Positions 19,867-30,721 are shown, counted from the first letter of the stretch. The stretch: 32,000 nt of DNA from Methylophaga frappieri (GCF_000260965.1 NC_017856.1:90001-122000); one strand, 5' to 3'. The notes: a model not told the origin generated them from the letters alone. Program-made: numbers and translations.

Positions 19867-20363
19867 TGGCAGACATTGATCTCACCAGTGATGTCGAACA
19901 ATCGGTATCAGGTCGTCAACAAGCACAGTTAGTGACGCAGCATTTAATTTCGCAAGCGCGGCGTGAAATTTGTTTTTTGGGGCCAACGTTGGATCCGCTA
20001 TTAAATCATCATGATACTGTGCAACTGCTTGGTCAGTTTGTTCGTGCTAGTCGGTATAGTCAGCTTCGAATCTTAATTCGAGATGGTCGCGAGGCGGTTG
20101 CCAATGGTCACTTGCTTTTGCCCCTTATTCAAAAAATGACCAGCCATATTGCTGTTCACTTATGTGCGGAAGAAGATAGCCGTCAAGCTGGCTTGCAGTT
20201 ACTTAGTGATAATCTGGGTAGTCTGATTTGTCATGATGCCCGGCGTTACATTGGTTCTTTTGCATGCGCTGATAGACGTCAGAATCAGCAACTCAAACAA
20301 CAATTTAATGCCATGTGGGATCGCAGCACACCCGATGTGCAATCAAGGCGACTGTTTTTATAA
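19866..20363 (+). CDS. Hypothetical cytoplasmic protein (165 aa), possibly a degenerate PLD-like fold
   Basis: The ATG overlaps the purB stop (TAATG). There is no signal peptide. REICFLGPTLDP...LRILIRDG...HLCAEEDS...GSLI loosely resembles a PLD repeat without an intact HKD motif. Confidence 0.5.
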
Positions 20364-20375
20364 GCGGGAGGCTTT

Positions 20376-21122
20376 ATGCGCCATATCGTTGGTCTGTTGA
20401 TGTTGAGTTGGTCTGGTTTGCTTCTGGCCGTGGATGCAATCCATACTTTAACGCTGCAACATCGTGATGCGTTGCAAATTGCCTCGCAAATTAAGACGCT
20501 ATTACCGGACGCTGCATCACTGCAAGTGGTCGATAACAAATTAATTTTACGCAGTGATGCTGCGACGTTTGAAGAGGTAAGACGGCTTGTTGATGCCCTT
20601 GATCAACCGGCAACCCCCATCAAAGTATCCTTGTTATTGACGAGTAAATCTCTACCCCAAGATCAACAATCTGACAATCAGAGCCGAGAGTGGTCAACGC
20701 AATCCATCAAACAGCCGGAACGTAGCTATCAGGTAAATGGCTTGGCTTATCAACCGATGCGTTTATCATTGCGTGAGTTTACTGGTGTGAGTGACCAACT
20801 ATTGATTGCCGGACATCGTGGCTATGCCGTTGCCGAACAGACACGATATTTACCGACAGAAAATGGCTTTATGGCGCGGACAGTTTTATTAAAAAATAAT
20901 AAAGTTCAAGTTGATATATTGCCCGCGATATCTGGTTATGATCGTCAAAAAGATACCGTCATACAACAAGATATTTTGACCCAAATATCGGGGGCGCAAA
21001 AAACCTGGTTATTACTGGCAAGTACAAGTGATGCACCTGACATTGAACAAAACGTGTCTACCTATCGCACCAGTCCAAAACAAAAACAATTTATTTATCT
21101 CAGGGTTGACCCTTTAAACTAG
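20376..21122 (+). CDS. Secreted protein with a secretin-N (NolW-like) domain and a short secretin-like C-terminal region
   Basis: GGAGG Shine-Dalgarno, then a signal peptide (…LLLAVDA). LQHRDALQIASQIKTLLPDAASLQVVDNKLILRSDAATFEEVRRLVDALDQP matches the secretin N-domain pattern. Later, GFMARTVLLKNNKVQVDILPAIS...ILTQISGAQKTWLLLAS resembles core secretin motifs. Confidence 0.5.
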   Translation: MRHIVGLLMLSWSGLLLAVDAIHTLTLQHRDALQIASQIKTLLPDAASLQVVDNKLILRSDAATFEEVRRLVDALDQPATPIKVSLLLTSKSLPQDQQSDNQSREWSTQSIKQPERSYQVNGLAYQPMRLSLREFTGVSDQLLIAGHRGYAVAEQTRYLPTENGFMARTVLLKNNKVQVDILPAISGYDRQKDTVIQQDILTQISGAQKTWLLLASTSDAPDIEQNVSTYRTSPKQKQFIYLRVDPLN

Positions 21123-21138
21123 AGGAGAAAATACCGTT

Positions 21139-21741
21139 ATGGATGTCAAACAGGCAATCCAAAGTCGTCGCTCAATCAAGCACTACGATCCCACGCATCA
21201 AATGACCGAAGCAGAAATTGAAGAGCTGATGTCGCATGCCATCTTGTCCCCGACTGCTTTTAACATTCAGCATTGGCGTTTTGTACGCGTTCAGGACATG
21301 GAAAAACGACAGCAAATTCTTGAAGCGGCCTGGGGACAGGCACAGGTGGTTGAGTCATCCCTATTACTGGTACTTTGTGCGGATCTGAATGCATGGGAAA
21401 AACAACCTGAACGCTATTGGCAGCATGCCCCTAAATCAGCGCAGGAGATGATTTTACCGGCCATCGAAAATTACTATACCAATCATCATCAAGGTCAACG
21501 TGATGAATGCATTCGTTCTGCCAGTATTGCCGCGATGAACATTATGCTGATGGCAAAAGCGATGGGCTATGATACCTGCCCCATGGATGGCTTTGACTTT
21601 GATAAAGTTGCCCGAATCATTAACCTGCCACATGACCATATTATTATCATGATGATAACGGTCGGCAAAAAACGTCAGGATGCGTGGCCACGTCCAGGCC
21701 AATTAGCATTAGAGGATGTCTTTGTCACCGACACATTTTAG
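21139..21741 (+). CDS. Nitroreductase-family NAD(P)H oxidoreductase
   Basis: RRSIKHYD N-terminal motif and a length of about 200 aa. GGAG Shine-Dalgarno upstream. Confidence 0.8.
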   Translation: MDVKQAIQSRRSIKHYDPTHQMTEAEIEELMSHAILSPTAFNIQHWRFVRVQDMEKRQQILEAAWGQAQVVESSLLLVLCADLNAWEKQPERYWQHAPKSAQEMILPAIENYYTNHHQGQRDECIRSASIAAMNIMLMAKAMGYDTCPMDGFDFDKVARIINLPHDHIIIMMITVGKKRQDAWPRPGQLALEDVFVTDTF

Positions 21742-21750
21742 TGTTAATGC

Positions 21751-22791
21751 TCAGAAAATGACGGGCGGTGGTGCCTCGCAAACACTATTACGCCCGTTTT
21801 TCTTGGCCATAAATACGGCACGATCGACGCGCTGCATCAAGCTATCCGACCCTTCGCCTGCAGTGTAACGGGCCACACCGAATGAGACAGTAATCATGCC
21901 CAACGGCTCTTGGGTATCTTTGCGTCTGAGATGTTTGCCGGCAATCTCCGCTCGCAAGTTTTCAGCAATCATTTTGGCGTTGGCCAGTGTCGTATCACTG
22001 AGTAGAATAACGAATTCTTCTCCGCCATATCGAGCTATCAGGTCTCGCCCTTTCAAGCTGTTTTGCATCGTCTCGGCGACCATGCGCAGAACCTGATCTC
22101 CAACAGGTTGGCCATGCTTTTCATTAAGTGCATTGAATGAATCCATGTCACAGAGCAAAACAGCCAAATCCATGCCATTGTGATCAGCTTGCTGCGTAAG
22201 ACGTGTTAAGGAATCATCTAATGCTTTGCGATTAGCCAGCCCGGTTAACATATCGATATTTGCTTCTCGACGACTTGTTTCAAGCAGCTTCTTTAGGTCT
22301 TCTACTTCATTCACCGCGACATTGAGCCGGTTACTGATCGCTTCGCCAGCAGAAGCAATTAATCGCGTCTCTATCAGTACTTCCTGAATCAAATCATTTA
22401 ATTGCTGCCGGCTGATGTCAGGCTGCAAACGCTGTAAGGTTTGTTGAAGCTGATAATGACTGTTATCACTAGAATTAACACCGCTGTATACCACATTCAG
22501 CACTTGCTTGAGCAGGTTACCAAGCTCTTTACGGATTTGCAGCAACGTCGAACGGTCTTTCTCTCGATCAAAAAACTGTTCGTAAAGTTGCTTGCTTTGT
22601 TGATCTGTCAAGCTGCCATGCTGTGCCAAGACATCATCCATTGCCCGCATGAGATCTGCATTATTGCCAGAGACGTATTCAAACCATACCGCGTAATTCG
22701 CAGGTGTCGTGGCAATACTATGCTTTTTCATCATGGAAATGGCCAGACGCATACACTCTGCTGTGCGTTCTTCGTATTCAGTGTAGTCCAT
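21751..22791 (-). CDS. Diguanylate cyclase (GGDEF) with an uncharacterised cytoplasmic N-terminal domain
   Basis: The C-terminal domain has LTGLANRKAL and RYGGEEF. The N-terminal 170 aa or so has no TM segment and is followed by a coiled-coil linker. Confidence 0.85.
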   Translation of the reverse strand: MDYTEYEERTAECMRLAISMMKKHSIATTPANYAVWFEYVSGNNADLMRAMDDVLAQHGSLTDQQSKQLYEQFFDREKDRSTLLQIRKELGNLLKQVLNVVYSGVNSSDNSHYQLQQTLQRLQPDISRQQLNDLIQEVLIETRLIASAGEAISNRLNVAVNEVEDLKKLLETSRREANIDMLTGLANRKALDDSLTRLTQQADHNGMDLAVLLCDMDSFNALNEKHGQPVGDQVLRMVAETMQNSLKGRDLIARYGGEEFVILLSDTTLANAKMIAENLRAEIAGKHLRRKDTQEPLGMITVSFGVARYTAGEGSDSLMQRVDRAVFMAKKNGRNSVCEAPPPVIF

Positions 22792-22817
22792 TATGTTCTG
22801 GCCTGTTATCCCTGATG

Positions 22818-24026
22818 CTAGCGCTTTTTCCCGGCAATCTTCAAACGCAATGCATTGAGTTTGATAAACCCTTCAGCATCTTTCTGATCATACGCACCCG
22901 CATCATCTTCAAAGGTGGCCATTGATTCATCAAACAAACTATCTGTCGCTGAACGACGACCGACAACAATGACATTACCTTTATAAAGTTTGATTCTGAC
23001 ATCCCCATTCACGGTTTGCTGTGATGCATCTATCATTGTTTGCATCATTTTCCGTTCTGGTGCCCACCAATAACCATTGTAAATCAGGCTGGCATAACGT
23101 GGCATTAACTCATCTTTAAGATGTGCCACCTCGCGATCCAGCGTTAACGACTCGATTGCCCGATGTGCACGCAACATGACCGTTCCTGCCGGAGTTTCAT
23201 AACAACCACGTGATTTCATACCAACGTAACGGTTCTCTACAATATCCAAACGACCGATACCATTTTCACCGGCCACTTTGTTGAGATAACTCATTACGGT
23301 AGCTGGACTCATTGTTTCGCCGTTAATAGCGACAATATCGCCCTTTTCATAGGTCAGCTCCAGATACGTTGGCTTATCGGGCGCTGTCTCAGGTGCAACC
23401 GACCAGCGCCACATGGACTCCTCTGCTTCTGCCCAAGGATCTTCCAGAATCCCGCCCTCATAGGAAATATGCAATAAGTTTGCATCCATGGAATAAGGCG
23501 ATTTTTTACCTTGTTTCATTTCCACCGGAATACCGTGTTGGTCTGCATAATCAAGGAGTTTTTGACGAGAAAGTAAGTCCCACTCACGCCATGGTGCAAT
23601 CACTTTAATGTTTGGATTTAGTCCGTAAGCACCCAATTCAAACCGTACCTGATCATTGCCTTTCCCTGTTGCGCCATGTGATACCGCTTGAGCACCGGTT
23701 TGGGCGGCTATTTCAACCAGTCTTTTTGCAATTAAAGGCCGTGCGATTGAGGTGCCCAGTAAATATTCGCCCTCGTAAATCGCGTTTGCTCGAAACATCG
23801 GGAAGACGAAATCCCGCGCAAATTCTTCCCGCAAATCCTCAATGTATATTTCTTTGATACCCAGTGACTGTGCCTTGGCACGTGCAGGCTCCACTTCCTC
23901 GCCTTGTCCGAGATCGGCCGTAAATGTCACCACTTCACATTGATACTTATCCTGCAGCCACTTCAAAATGACTGAAGTATCCAGACCACCTGAGTAGGCT
24001 AAAACAACTTTATTGATATCGGACAT
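22818..24026 (-). CDS. argG: Argininosuccinate synthase
   Basis: [11 protein letters not shown]-loop with full-length collinearity to type I ArgG. Confidence 0.95.
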   Translation of the reverse strand: MSDINKVVLAYSGGLDTSVILKWLQDKYQCEVVTFTADLGQGEEVEPARAKAQSLGIKEIYIEDLREEFARDFVFPMFRANAIYEGEYLLGTSIARPLIAKRLVEIAAQTGAQAVSHGATGKGNDQVRFELGAYGLNPNIKVIAPWREWDLLSRQKLLDYADQHGIPVEMKQGKKSPYSMDANLLHISYEGGILEDPWAEAEESMWRWSVAPETAPDKPTYLELTYEKGDIVAINGETMSPATVMSYLNKVAGENGIGRLDIVENRYVGMKSRGCYETPAGTVMLRAHRAIESLTLDREVAHLKDELMPRYASLIYNGYWWAPERKMMQTMIDASQQTVNGDVRIKLYKGNVIVVGRRSATDSLFDESMATFEDDAGAYDQKDAEGFIKLNALRLKIAGKKR

Positions 24027-24074
24027 GAAAAAGATCCTGTTAAAAATTGGGGTAAATTCGTGCAGATTATTTTA

Positions 24075-24851
24075 TCAAAAACCGCGTACTGCCAATACTT
24101 CCTTAACGGTTTTTCTTGACGCCGTTTTACAACTGATGCGTCTGGGTGCCTGTAAATAACGCAGCCGAAAGCCAAGTTGTCGATAAAGCCGGCAAATACG
24201 GTCTGTGGCCTGATTGGATAACACGACAGGTCCAGGGTGTTTTGATAGCCACAAGGCAAGTCGCTCCTGATCTTGCCAATCAAAGCCTTGCTGAGCATAT
24301 TGCCGAAACGGCACATCATACGGCGGGTCGGCATAAATAAAATCCGTGGGCCGAGTGGTTAGCGCCTCAAAATCTAACTGGGTAAACTGCCAGTCGGATA
24401 AAACCGGCGAATATGCACTAAAGTCTGTCTGATAATAGATAGTCTTGTATCGACCGAATGGCACATTGTAGGCACCCGATTTGTTAAATCGGCACAAACC
24501 GTTATAACCGGTGCGGTTCAAGTAGTAGAACAATTGCGCCCGATCAGCATCTGTTAGCGACTGGTTATTGAAAGATTGGCGGTGCTGGTAATAGAGCGAC
24601 TCATCATTGGCCATGGCAATTGTCATGGTAAGCCCCCGCTGTAATTGCTGATAAAAATTTATCAGTGCGGGATTAATATCATTCAGTAACGCCTGTTTGG
24701 GTTGTAATCCCAACGCCACAGCGAGACCGCCACAAAAAGGCTCAACCAAACGTCGCGACGCATGTGGTTTCCAGCGCTTTTGCAGTTCTGGTAAAAGCCA
24801 ACGCTTACCACCGGCCCATTTTAACGGTGGCCGTAAACCAGCGTCAGTCAT
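24075..24851 (-). CDS. dam: Dam-family (D12 class, alpha-type) N6-adenine DNA methyltransferase
   Basis: LKWAGGKRWLLPEL, motif I EPFCGGLAV, LNRTGYNGLCRFN..G.YNVPFGRYK and motif IV YADPPYD. Collinear with E. coli Dam. Confidence 0.85.
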   Translation of the reverse strand: MTDAGLRPPLKWAGGKRWLLPELQKRWKPHASRRLVEPFCGGLAVALGLQPKQALLNDINPALINFYQQLQRGLTMTIAMANDESLYYQHRQSFNNQSLTDADRAQLFYYLNRTGYNGLCRFNKSGAYNVPFGRYKTIYYQTDFSAYSPVLSDWQFTQLDFEALTTRPTDFIYADPPYDVPFRQYAQQGFDWQDQERLALWLSKHPGPVVLSNQATDRICRLYRQLGFRLRYLQAPRRISCKTASRKTVKEVLAVRGF

Positions 24852-24865
24852 GACATGACTAAGCC

Positions 24866-24899
24866 AATAAAAACAAGGGCCAGTGTCATAACCAGCCCT
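24866..24899 (-). terminator. Candidate rho-independent terminator after lpd
   Basis: The minus-strand RNA forms AGGGCUGG-loop-CUGGCCCU, an 8-bp stem with two G-U pairs, followed by UGUUUUUAUU. The pairing is strand-specific. Confidence 0.45.
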
Positions 24900-24930
24900 C
24901 GTTGAAGCTTAACGTTGCCTCCAGCCGACA

Positions 24931-26694
24931 TCACTTGCTATGCAATGTCTTTTTCGGTGGTAACAGATCCGTGATACTGCCTTCGGCCATTTCTGCTGCA
25001 AAACCCAAGGTTTCAGATAAGGTTGGGTGCGGATGAATACTGAGTCCAATGTCCTCGGCATCTGCTCCCATTTCAAGTGCCAAGACAGCTTCTGCAATGA
25101 GTTCACCGGCATTAGGACCAACAATCGTCGCGCCAATGATCCTGCCTGTCGATTTTTCGAACAACGCTTTGGTGAGTCCTTCATCACGATCGAGGCTGAG
25201 ACTCCGACCACTGGCTGCCCAAGGAAAGGCCCCTTTAACATAATCAATCCCTTGCGCTTTTGCTTCGGCCTCATTCAAGCCCATCCAGGCCACTTCAGGA
25301 TCAGTATAGGCTACAGAAGGAATAGTCATCGGCTCGAAGACCGATTTTTGACCGGCGATAACTTCAGCGGCCACTTTGCCTTCATGCGTCGCCTTATGAG
25401 CTAACATGGGTTGTCCTACAATGTCGCCGATCGCAAAAATGTGTGATTGATTGGTACGCATCTGACCATCGACTTCAATAAAGCCATAGTCATTGACATT
25501 AACCCCGGCGGCATCGGCATTGATAAGTTTGCCATTCGGTGTCCGCCCAACGGCGACAAGAATCTTGTCATAAGTTTGCGGTTCGGGCGCATTGTCGCCA
25601 TCAAAAGTAACTTTCAAACCAGACTTCAATGGCTCAATTGCGCTGACCTTGGTTTTCAGATAAATCGATTCATACTGTTTTTCGATACGTTGCTGTAACG
25701 GTTTGACAATATCTTTATCGGCGCCAGGAATTAAGCTGTCCTGTAATTCAACAACACTAATTTTTGAACCCAACGCATGATAAACCGTTGCCATTTCCAG
25801 ACCAATAATCCCGCCACCAATGACGAGTAATCGTTTTGGAATATCTTCTAAGTTTAATGCATCAGTCGAATCCATCATCCGGGGATCGTCATTTGGAAAA
25901 ACGGGAATCTTGGTAACGCGTGAACCGGCCGCGATAATACAGTTATCAAAACTGACCGTCTTATCGCCTTCTGGGGTGGTAACAGTCAGGCTGTTTGCAC
26001 TGCTAAATTGCGCTTCGCCTTGAACAACAGTCACCTTTCGTTGTTTTGCAAGTGCTTTAAGTCCACCAGTTAACTTATTGATAACATTATTTTTCCAGCC
26101 AGTTAATTTGTCCAAATCAATATCGGGCTTATTAAAGCTGACACCATTGTCCGCCATATGACTGGCTTCATTAATAATCTGAGCGGTATGTAACAACGCT
26201 TTAGATGGGATGCAGCCAACATTAAGGCACACGCCACCAATCCGTTCATAACGCTCAATTAAAATGACTTGCTTGCCCAAGTCAGCAGCACGAAAGGCAG
26301 CAGTGTAACCACCTGGCCCTGAGCCTAATACGACAACTTCGGCATGCATATCACTGTGGTCTGGTTTGGCCGCTGCTTGTGGGGCAGGTTTTTCCGTCGT
26401 TTTGTCATTGTCTTGACTGACTTCAGGTTCGCTACTTGCTGCTGAAGCATCTGATGTTACCGCCTCAAGCTTGAGGATAACATCGCCTTCCGCCACCTTA
26501 TCACCGACACTCACCAACAATTCTGTGATCTTACCGGCAATCGGGCTCGGAATTTCCATCGCTGCTTTATCTGACTCCAGTGTGATGATGTCCTGATTTT
26601 CCGTAATTTCATCTCCCACAGAAACCAGCACTTCGATGATTTCAACGGCATCAAAATCGCCAATATCCGGTACTTTGACTTCCTGAAAACTCAT
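24931..26694 (-). CDS. lpdA: Dihydrolipoyl dehydrogenase (E3) with a fused N-terminal lipoyl domain
   Basis: The N-terminal 80 aa or so is a lipoyl domain ([12 protein letters not shown]), followed by an Ala/Pro-type linker. FAD site GSGPGGY and redox disulfide [10 protein letters not shown] are present. Confidence 0.9.
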   Translation of the reverse strand: MSFQEVKVPDIGDFDAVEIIEVLVSVGDEITENQDIITLESDKAAMEIPSPIAGKITELLVSVGDKVAEGDVILKLEAVTSDASAASSEPEVSQDNDKTTEKPAPQAAAKPDHSDMHAEVVVLGSGPGGYTAAFRAADLGKQVILIERYERIGGVCLNVGCIPSKALLHTAQIINEASHMADNGVSFNKPDIDLDKLTGWKNNVINKLTGGLKALAKQRKVTVVQGEAQFSSANSLTVTTPEGDKTVSFDNCIIAAGSRVTKIPVFPNDDPRMMDSTDALNLEDIPKRLLVIGGGIIGLEMATVYHALGSKISVVELQDSLIPGADKDIVKPLQQRIEKQYESIYLKTKVSAIEPLKSGLKVTFDGDNAPEPQTYDKILVAVGRTPNGKLINADAAGVNVNDYGFIEVDGQMRTNQSHIFAIGDIVGQPMLAHKATHEGKVAAEVIAGQKSVFEPMTIPSVAYTDPEVAWMGLNEAEAKAQGIDYVKGAFPWAASGRSLSLDRDEGLTKALFEKSTGRIIGATIVGPNAGELIAEAVLALEMGADAEDIGLSIHPHPTLSETLGFAAEMAEGSITDLLPPKKTLHSK

Positions 26695-28010
26695 AACAGC
26701 ACCTTCCGGATATCTGACAACATCTGGCTTAACATCACCGTAAATCTAGCCCCAGCCGCACCATCAATAACACGATGGTCGTAAGAAATTGATAAGGGCA
26801 GCATGAGTCTCGGTATAAACTCTTTACCATTCCAAACTGGCTTCATCTGATGTCTGCTAACCCCCAGAATAGCCACTTCAGGTGCATTGACGATCGGGGT
26901 AAAGAACTGGCCGCCAATACCACCAAGACTTGAAATGGAGAAGGTTCCGCCTTGCATGTCTTTGGCACTTAAGGCGCCATCGCGTGCCCGTTGACTAATT
27001 TCGCCAAGTTCACCCGCCAATTCCAGAAAGCCTTTCTTATCGACATCCTTGATAACTGGGACCATCAGGCCATTTGGCGTATCGACCGCAACACCGATGT
27101 TGTAATACTTCTTATAAATCAGATTTTCTTTGTCTTCACTGAGTGAGGCATTGAATTCTGGATATTGCTTAAGGCAGGCCACGACCGCTTTCATGATGAA
27201 TACCAGCGGTGTCAAATTAACGCCTTTTTGTGCTGCCATTTCCTTGTTTTCTTTACGGAACTGTTCCAGCTCAGTGATATCCGCTTCATCAAACTGGGTA
27301 ACATGCGGAATATTCAGCCAGCAGGCATGCAAATGCTTGCCCGAAATTTTCTTAATTCGAGACAGTTCGGTACTGCTAACTTCACCAAACTGCTCGAAAT
27401 TGACCACTGGCACAGGCGGAATAGCTGCTCCACCCTGCGCGGCAGGCGTTGCTGCGGGCGCAGATAAAGCTTGTTTCACATACTGCTGCACGTCTTCACG
27501 CGTAATCCGTCCTTTCGCGCCAGTACCAATAACTGAAGTTAATTTGACGCCTAATTCTCTTGCAAAGCGTCGAATTGAGGGTGAGGCGTGTGCCCGTTTC
27601 AAGCCAGATTTTGTATCCGGGGCATAAGGAATCGCTTCATCCTGTTCTGGTACAGGTGACGGTGATGGCGCTTCAGCTGCTGGTTGTGGCGTTGGTTTCG
27701 CCTCTACATTTTGAGGCTTGGCCGGTTCAGCTGGTTTTTCCGGTTTATCTGTCTGCGGTTGCTCGGCGGCGGCCGCTTCAACCATAGCAATCAGGTCGCC
27801 TTCACTGACTTTGTCACCGACACTGACTTTCAAGCTTTTGATAGTCCCTGCTATTTCTGCAGGAATTCCCATCATCGCCTTGTCAGACTCGATAGTGATG
27901 ACTTCTTGGTCTGGGGTAATTTCATCGCCTTCAGCAACTAATACTTCAATAATTTCCACGCCATCGAAATCACCAATGTCGGGGACTTTGAGTTCAATTA
28001 AATCTGCCAT
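26691..28010 (-). CDS. aceF: Dihydrolipoamide acetyltransferase (E2) with a single lipoyl domain
   Basis: One lipoyl domain ([12 protein letters not shown]), an Ala/Pro linker, an E3-binding domain ([14 protein letters not shown]) and a catalytic [10 protein letters not shown] motif. Confidence 0.9.
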   Translation of the reverse strand: MADLIELKVPDIGDFDGVEIIEVLVAEGDEITPDQEVITIESDKAMMGIPAEIAGTIKSLKVSVGDKVSEGDLIAMVEAAAAEQPQTDKPEKPAEPAKPQNVEAKPTPQPAAEAPSPSPVPEQDEAIPYAPDTKSGLKRAHASPSIRRFARELGVKLTSVIGTGAKGRITREDVQQYVKQALSAPAATPAAQGGAAIPPVPVVNFEQFGEVSSTELSRIKKISGKHLHACWLNIPHVTQFDEADITELEQFRKENKEMAAQKGVNLTPLVFIMKAVVACLKQYPEFNASLSEDKENLIYKKYYNIGVAVDTPNGLMVPVIKDVDKKGFLELAGELGEISQRARDGALSAKDMQGGTFSISSLGGIGGQFFTPIVNAPEVAILGVSRHQMKPVWNGKEFIPRLMLPLSISYDHRVIDGAAGARFTVMLSQMLSDIRKVLL

Positions 28011-28012
28011 GT

Positions 28013-30667
28013 TTATGCCTTAACTGGGTTCACTGTATCGGAGTCTAGTTGGTATTGCTGAATGGCTTTCTCAACCACGTCATGTTTGATATCACCCGCA
28101 TCGGCAAGAGCATTCAACGTTGCCACGACAATGTGATAGCGATCAACCTCAAAGAAGCGGCGTAATTTTTCACGGGTATCACTACGGCCAAAACCATCTG
28201 TACCCAAAACGGTGTAACTCGCTTTAACCCATGGGCGAATTTGCTCGGCATAGAGACGAATGTAATCTGTGGCCGCAATGATCGGACCCGGCTGACCCTC
28301 TAATGTTTTCGTAACATACGCCGTTTTTTTGCTCGCGGTTGGATGCAAGCGATTATGGCGTTCTGTTTCCTGACCATCACGCGTCAGTTCGTTAAAGCTA
28401 GTCACACTCCAAACATCAGCAGCCACTTTCCAGTCCTCAGCCAGCATCTCCGCTGCCGCTTCAACTTCGCGCAGAATCGTACCACTCCCCAAAAGCTGTG
28501 CTTTGAGTTTATGACGGCCACCCGCTTTAAGCTTGTAAATCCCTTTAATAATGCCCTCTTCGGCACCTTCAGGCATGGCAGGATGGGTGTAGTTTTCATT
28601 CATTGCGGTCAGGTAGTAAAAAATACTTTCCTGATTTTCATACATACGGCGTAAACCATCATGCACAATTACCGCGACTTCATAAGCATAGGTTGGATCG
28701 TAGCTGATGCAATTTGGCACCGTATTCGCCAAAATCATGCTGTGACCATCCTGATGCTGCAAGCCTTCACCATTCAGTGTTGTTCGACCGGCCGTACCGC
28801 CAATTAAGAAACCTTTGGCCTGAATGTCCCCGGCCAACCACCATAGATCGCCGACGCGTTGGAAGCCAAACATGGAGTAGTAAATATAAAACGGCACCAT
28901 GTTGACGTTGTAGTTGGCATACGCCGTGGCAGCCGATACCCATTCCGACATTGCCCCCGCTTCATTGATCCCTTCTTCCAGGATTTGCCCCGTGGTGTCC
29001 TCGCGGTACCACATCACCTTACCAGAATCTTCAGGCTCATATTTTTGCCCTGAAGATGAGTAAATACCCACGCTGCGGAACAAGCCTTCCATACCAAATG
29101 TACGCGCTTCATCCGGCACGATCGGCACGATATTTTTACCGATTTGCTTATCACGAATCAGCGCCGTCAGCACTCGCACGAATGCCATGGTGGTCGATAA
29201 TTCGCGCTCACCACTTGATTTCAGTACAGCATCAAAAATTTTCAGCTCTGGAATTTTCAGCGCCGGCGCCTGGTTTTGGCGTTTGGGCAGAAAACCACCC
29301 AGTTCCTGGCGGCGTTTAAGCAGGTATTCTTTTTCCGGACTGCCATCTTTGAGCGTCAAGTACGGTATTTTTTCGATTTGCTCATCGGCAATTGGAATAT
29401 TGAAACGATCACGGAAACGCTTCATGTGTTCAACTTCCAGTTTTTTCTGCTGATGGGTGGTGTTCTGACCTTCACCAGCTTCGCCCATGCCATAGCCTTT
29501 GACAGTTTTTGCCAAAATGACCGTAGGTTGTTCCGTTTGGTCCACGGCACGTTTATAGGCAGCATAAATCTTACGAGGATCATGGCCACCGCGGCTCAGG
29601 TTCCAAATATCCTCATCGGTCATATCTGAAACCATTTCTAGTAATTCTGGATATTTACCGAAGAAATGTTCACGTACATAGGCGCCATCTTTGGCTTTGT
29701 AATTTTGATACTCGCCGTCGACGACTTCTTCCATTCGCTTCAATAACAAGCCATGCGTATCGCGGGCCAACAGTTGATCCCAACCACTACCCCACAGGAC
29801 TTTGATGACATTCCAGCCGGCACCACGGAATAAGGCTTCCAACTCTTGGACGATTTTGCCATTACCGCGAACCGGGCCATCAAGTCGTTGCAGGTTGCAG
29901 TTGACAACGAAAATCAAATTATCCAGTTTTTCTCGACCAGCAAGGGTAATTGCGCCTAATGATTCTGGCTCATCCATCTCACCATCGCCCAGGTAAGCCC
30001 AGACATGCCGCCCGGATGTTTTAGCGAGTCCCCGGTGTTCCATATATTTCATGAACCGCGCCTGGTAAATAGACAGGATAGGACCAAGGCCCATGGAAAC
30101 GGTTGGAAACTGCCAGTAATCTGGCATCAGCCAAGGATGTGGATAGGAAGACAAGCCTTTACCATCCACCTCAAAGCGGAAATTATCGAGTTGCTCTTCC
30201 GTTAAGCGGCCTTCAAGAAACGAACGTGCATAAATACCTGGTGACGAGTGTCCTTGGAAAAACACCATATCGGCACCATTGCCGTAGTCATCACCTTTAA
30301 AGAAGTGGTTAAAACCGACATCGTATAAGGTCGCTGCCGAAGAAAAACTGGCAATATGTCCACCAACAGACCCCGGTTTCAAATTCGCTTTGACCACCAT
30401 TGCCATGGCATTCCAGCGAATGTAAGAGCGCAGTTTGTGTTCCATGGCCTGATCACCGGGAATGCGTTCCTGTTGATCAGCCGGAATCGTATTCACATAG
30501 GCTGTATTAGCGCTATACGGCAAATTGACACCATTGCGCCGTGCCAAATCAATCAGCTTTTCAATAATGAAATGGGCTTTTTCATCGCCTGCAATTTCAA
30601 TAACAGACTCAAGCGCATCTAACCATTCCTGCGTTTCCTGCGGGTCTTGATCGACAAAATCAGTCAT
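28013..30667 (-). CDS. aceE: Pyruvate dehydrogenase E1 component
   Basis: Collinear with E. coli AceE. I chose the start at MTDFVDQDPQETQEW (ATG at 30667, AAGAAGG Shine-Dalgarno 6 nt upstream) rather than the GTG at 30694. Confidence 0.9.
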   Translation of the reverse strand: MTDFVDQDPQETQEWLDALESVIEIAGDEKAHFIIEKLIDLARRNGVNLPYSANTAYVNTIPADQQERIPGDQAMEHKLRSYIRWNAMAMVVKANLKPGSVGGHIASFSSAATLYDVGFNHFFKGDDYGNGADMVFFQGHSSPGIYARSFLEGRLTEEQLDNFRFEVDGKGLSSYPHPWLMPDYWQFPTVSMGLGPILSIYQARFMKYMEHRGLAKTSGRHVWAYLGDGEMDEPESLGAITLAGREKLDNLIFVVNCNLQRLDGPVRGNGKIVQELEALFRGAGWNVIKVLWGSGWDQLLARDTHGLLLKRMEEVVDGEYQNYKAKDGAYVREHFFGKYPELLEMVSDMTDEDIWNLSRGGHDPRKIYAAYKRAVDQTEQPTVILAKTVKGYGMGEAGEGQNTTHQQKKLEVEHMKRFRDRFNIPIADEQIEKIPYLTLKDGSPEKEYLLKRRQELGGFLPKRQNQAPALKIPELKIFDAVLKSSGERELSTTMAFVRVLTALIRDKQIGKNIVPIVPDEARTFGMEGLFRSVGIYSSSGQKYEPEDSGKVMWYREDTTGQILEEGINEAGAMSEWVSAATAYANYNVNMVPFYIYYSMFGFQRVGDLWWLAGDIQAKGFLIGGTAGRTTLNGEGLQHQDGHSMILANTVPNCISYDPTYAYEVAVIVHDGLRRMYENQESIFYYLTAMNENYTHPAMPEGAEEGIIKGIYKLKAGGRHKLKAQLLGSGTILREVEAAAEMLAEDWKVAADVWSVTSFNELTRDGQETERHNRLHPTASKKTAYVTKTLEGQPGPIIAATDYIRLYAEQIRPWVKASYTVLGTDGFGRSDTREKLRRFFEVDRYHIVVATLNALADAGDIKHDVVEKAIQQYQLDSDTVNPVKA

Positions 30668-30712
30668 AAACACCTTCTTAAGATCCAAAAACACCGTTAA
30701 TAATAACGCGGC

Positions 30713-30721
30713 ATTGTACCA
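30713..30721 (-). promoter_or_regulatory. Candidate extended -10 promoter for aceE
   Basis: The minus strand reads TGgTACAAT about 45 nt upstream of the aceE ATG. The -35 is weak. Confidence 0.3.

Noticed and set aside
24027-24074. Possible ArgR (ARG box) site or promoter in the dam-argG spacer
   Set aside because: There are only fragmentary matches (TGCACGAATTTA). The TTGGCA/TAAAAT pair has a 15-nt spacer. This is too weak to report as a feature.
23999-24334. 111-aa minus-strand ORF overlapping the 3' part of dam and the argG start
   Set aside because: It is out of frame with the motif-bearing Dam reading frame and bridges two well-supported genes.
24909-25274. 121-aa minus-strand ORF overlapping the 3' end of lpd
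   Set aside because: It is an alternative frame of lpd, whose own frame carries the conserved interface-domain residues.
27130-28023. Several plus-strand ORFs (165, 100, 75, 85 and 101 aa) inside aceF
   Set aside because: They lie opposite the Ala/Pro-rich linker and lipoyl regions of aceF, where open antisense frames are expected. Their composition (Ser, Ala, Cys runs) is not protein-like.
28343-30622. Multiple plus-strand ORFs of 60-117 aa inside aceE
   Set aside because: All are antisense to a full-length E1 homologue and none has a ribosome-binding site or a recognisable domain.
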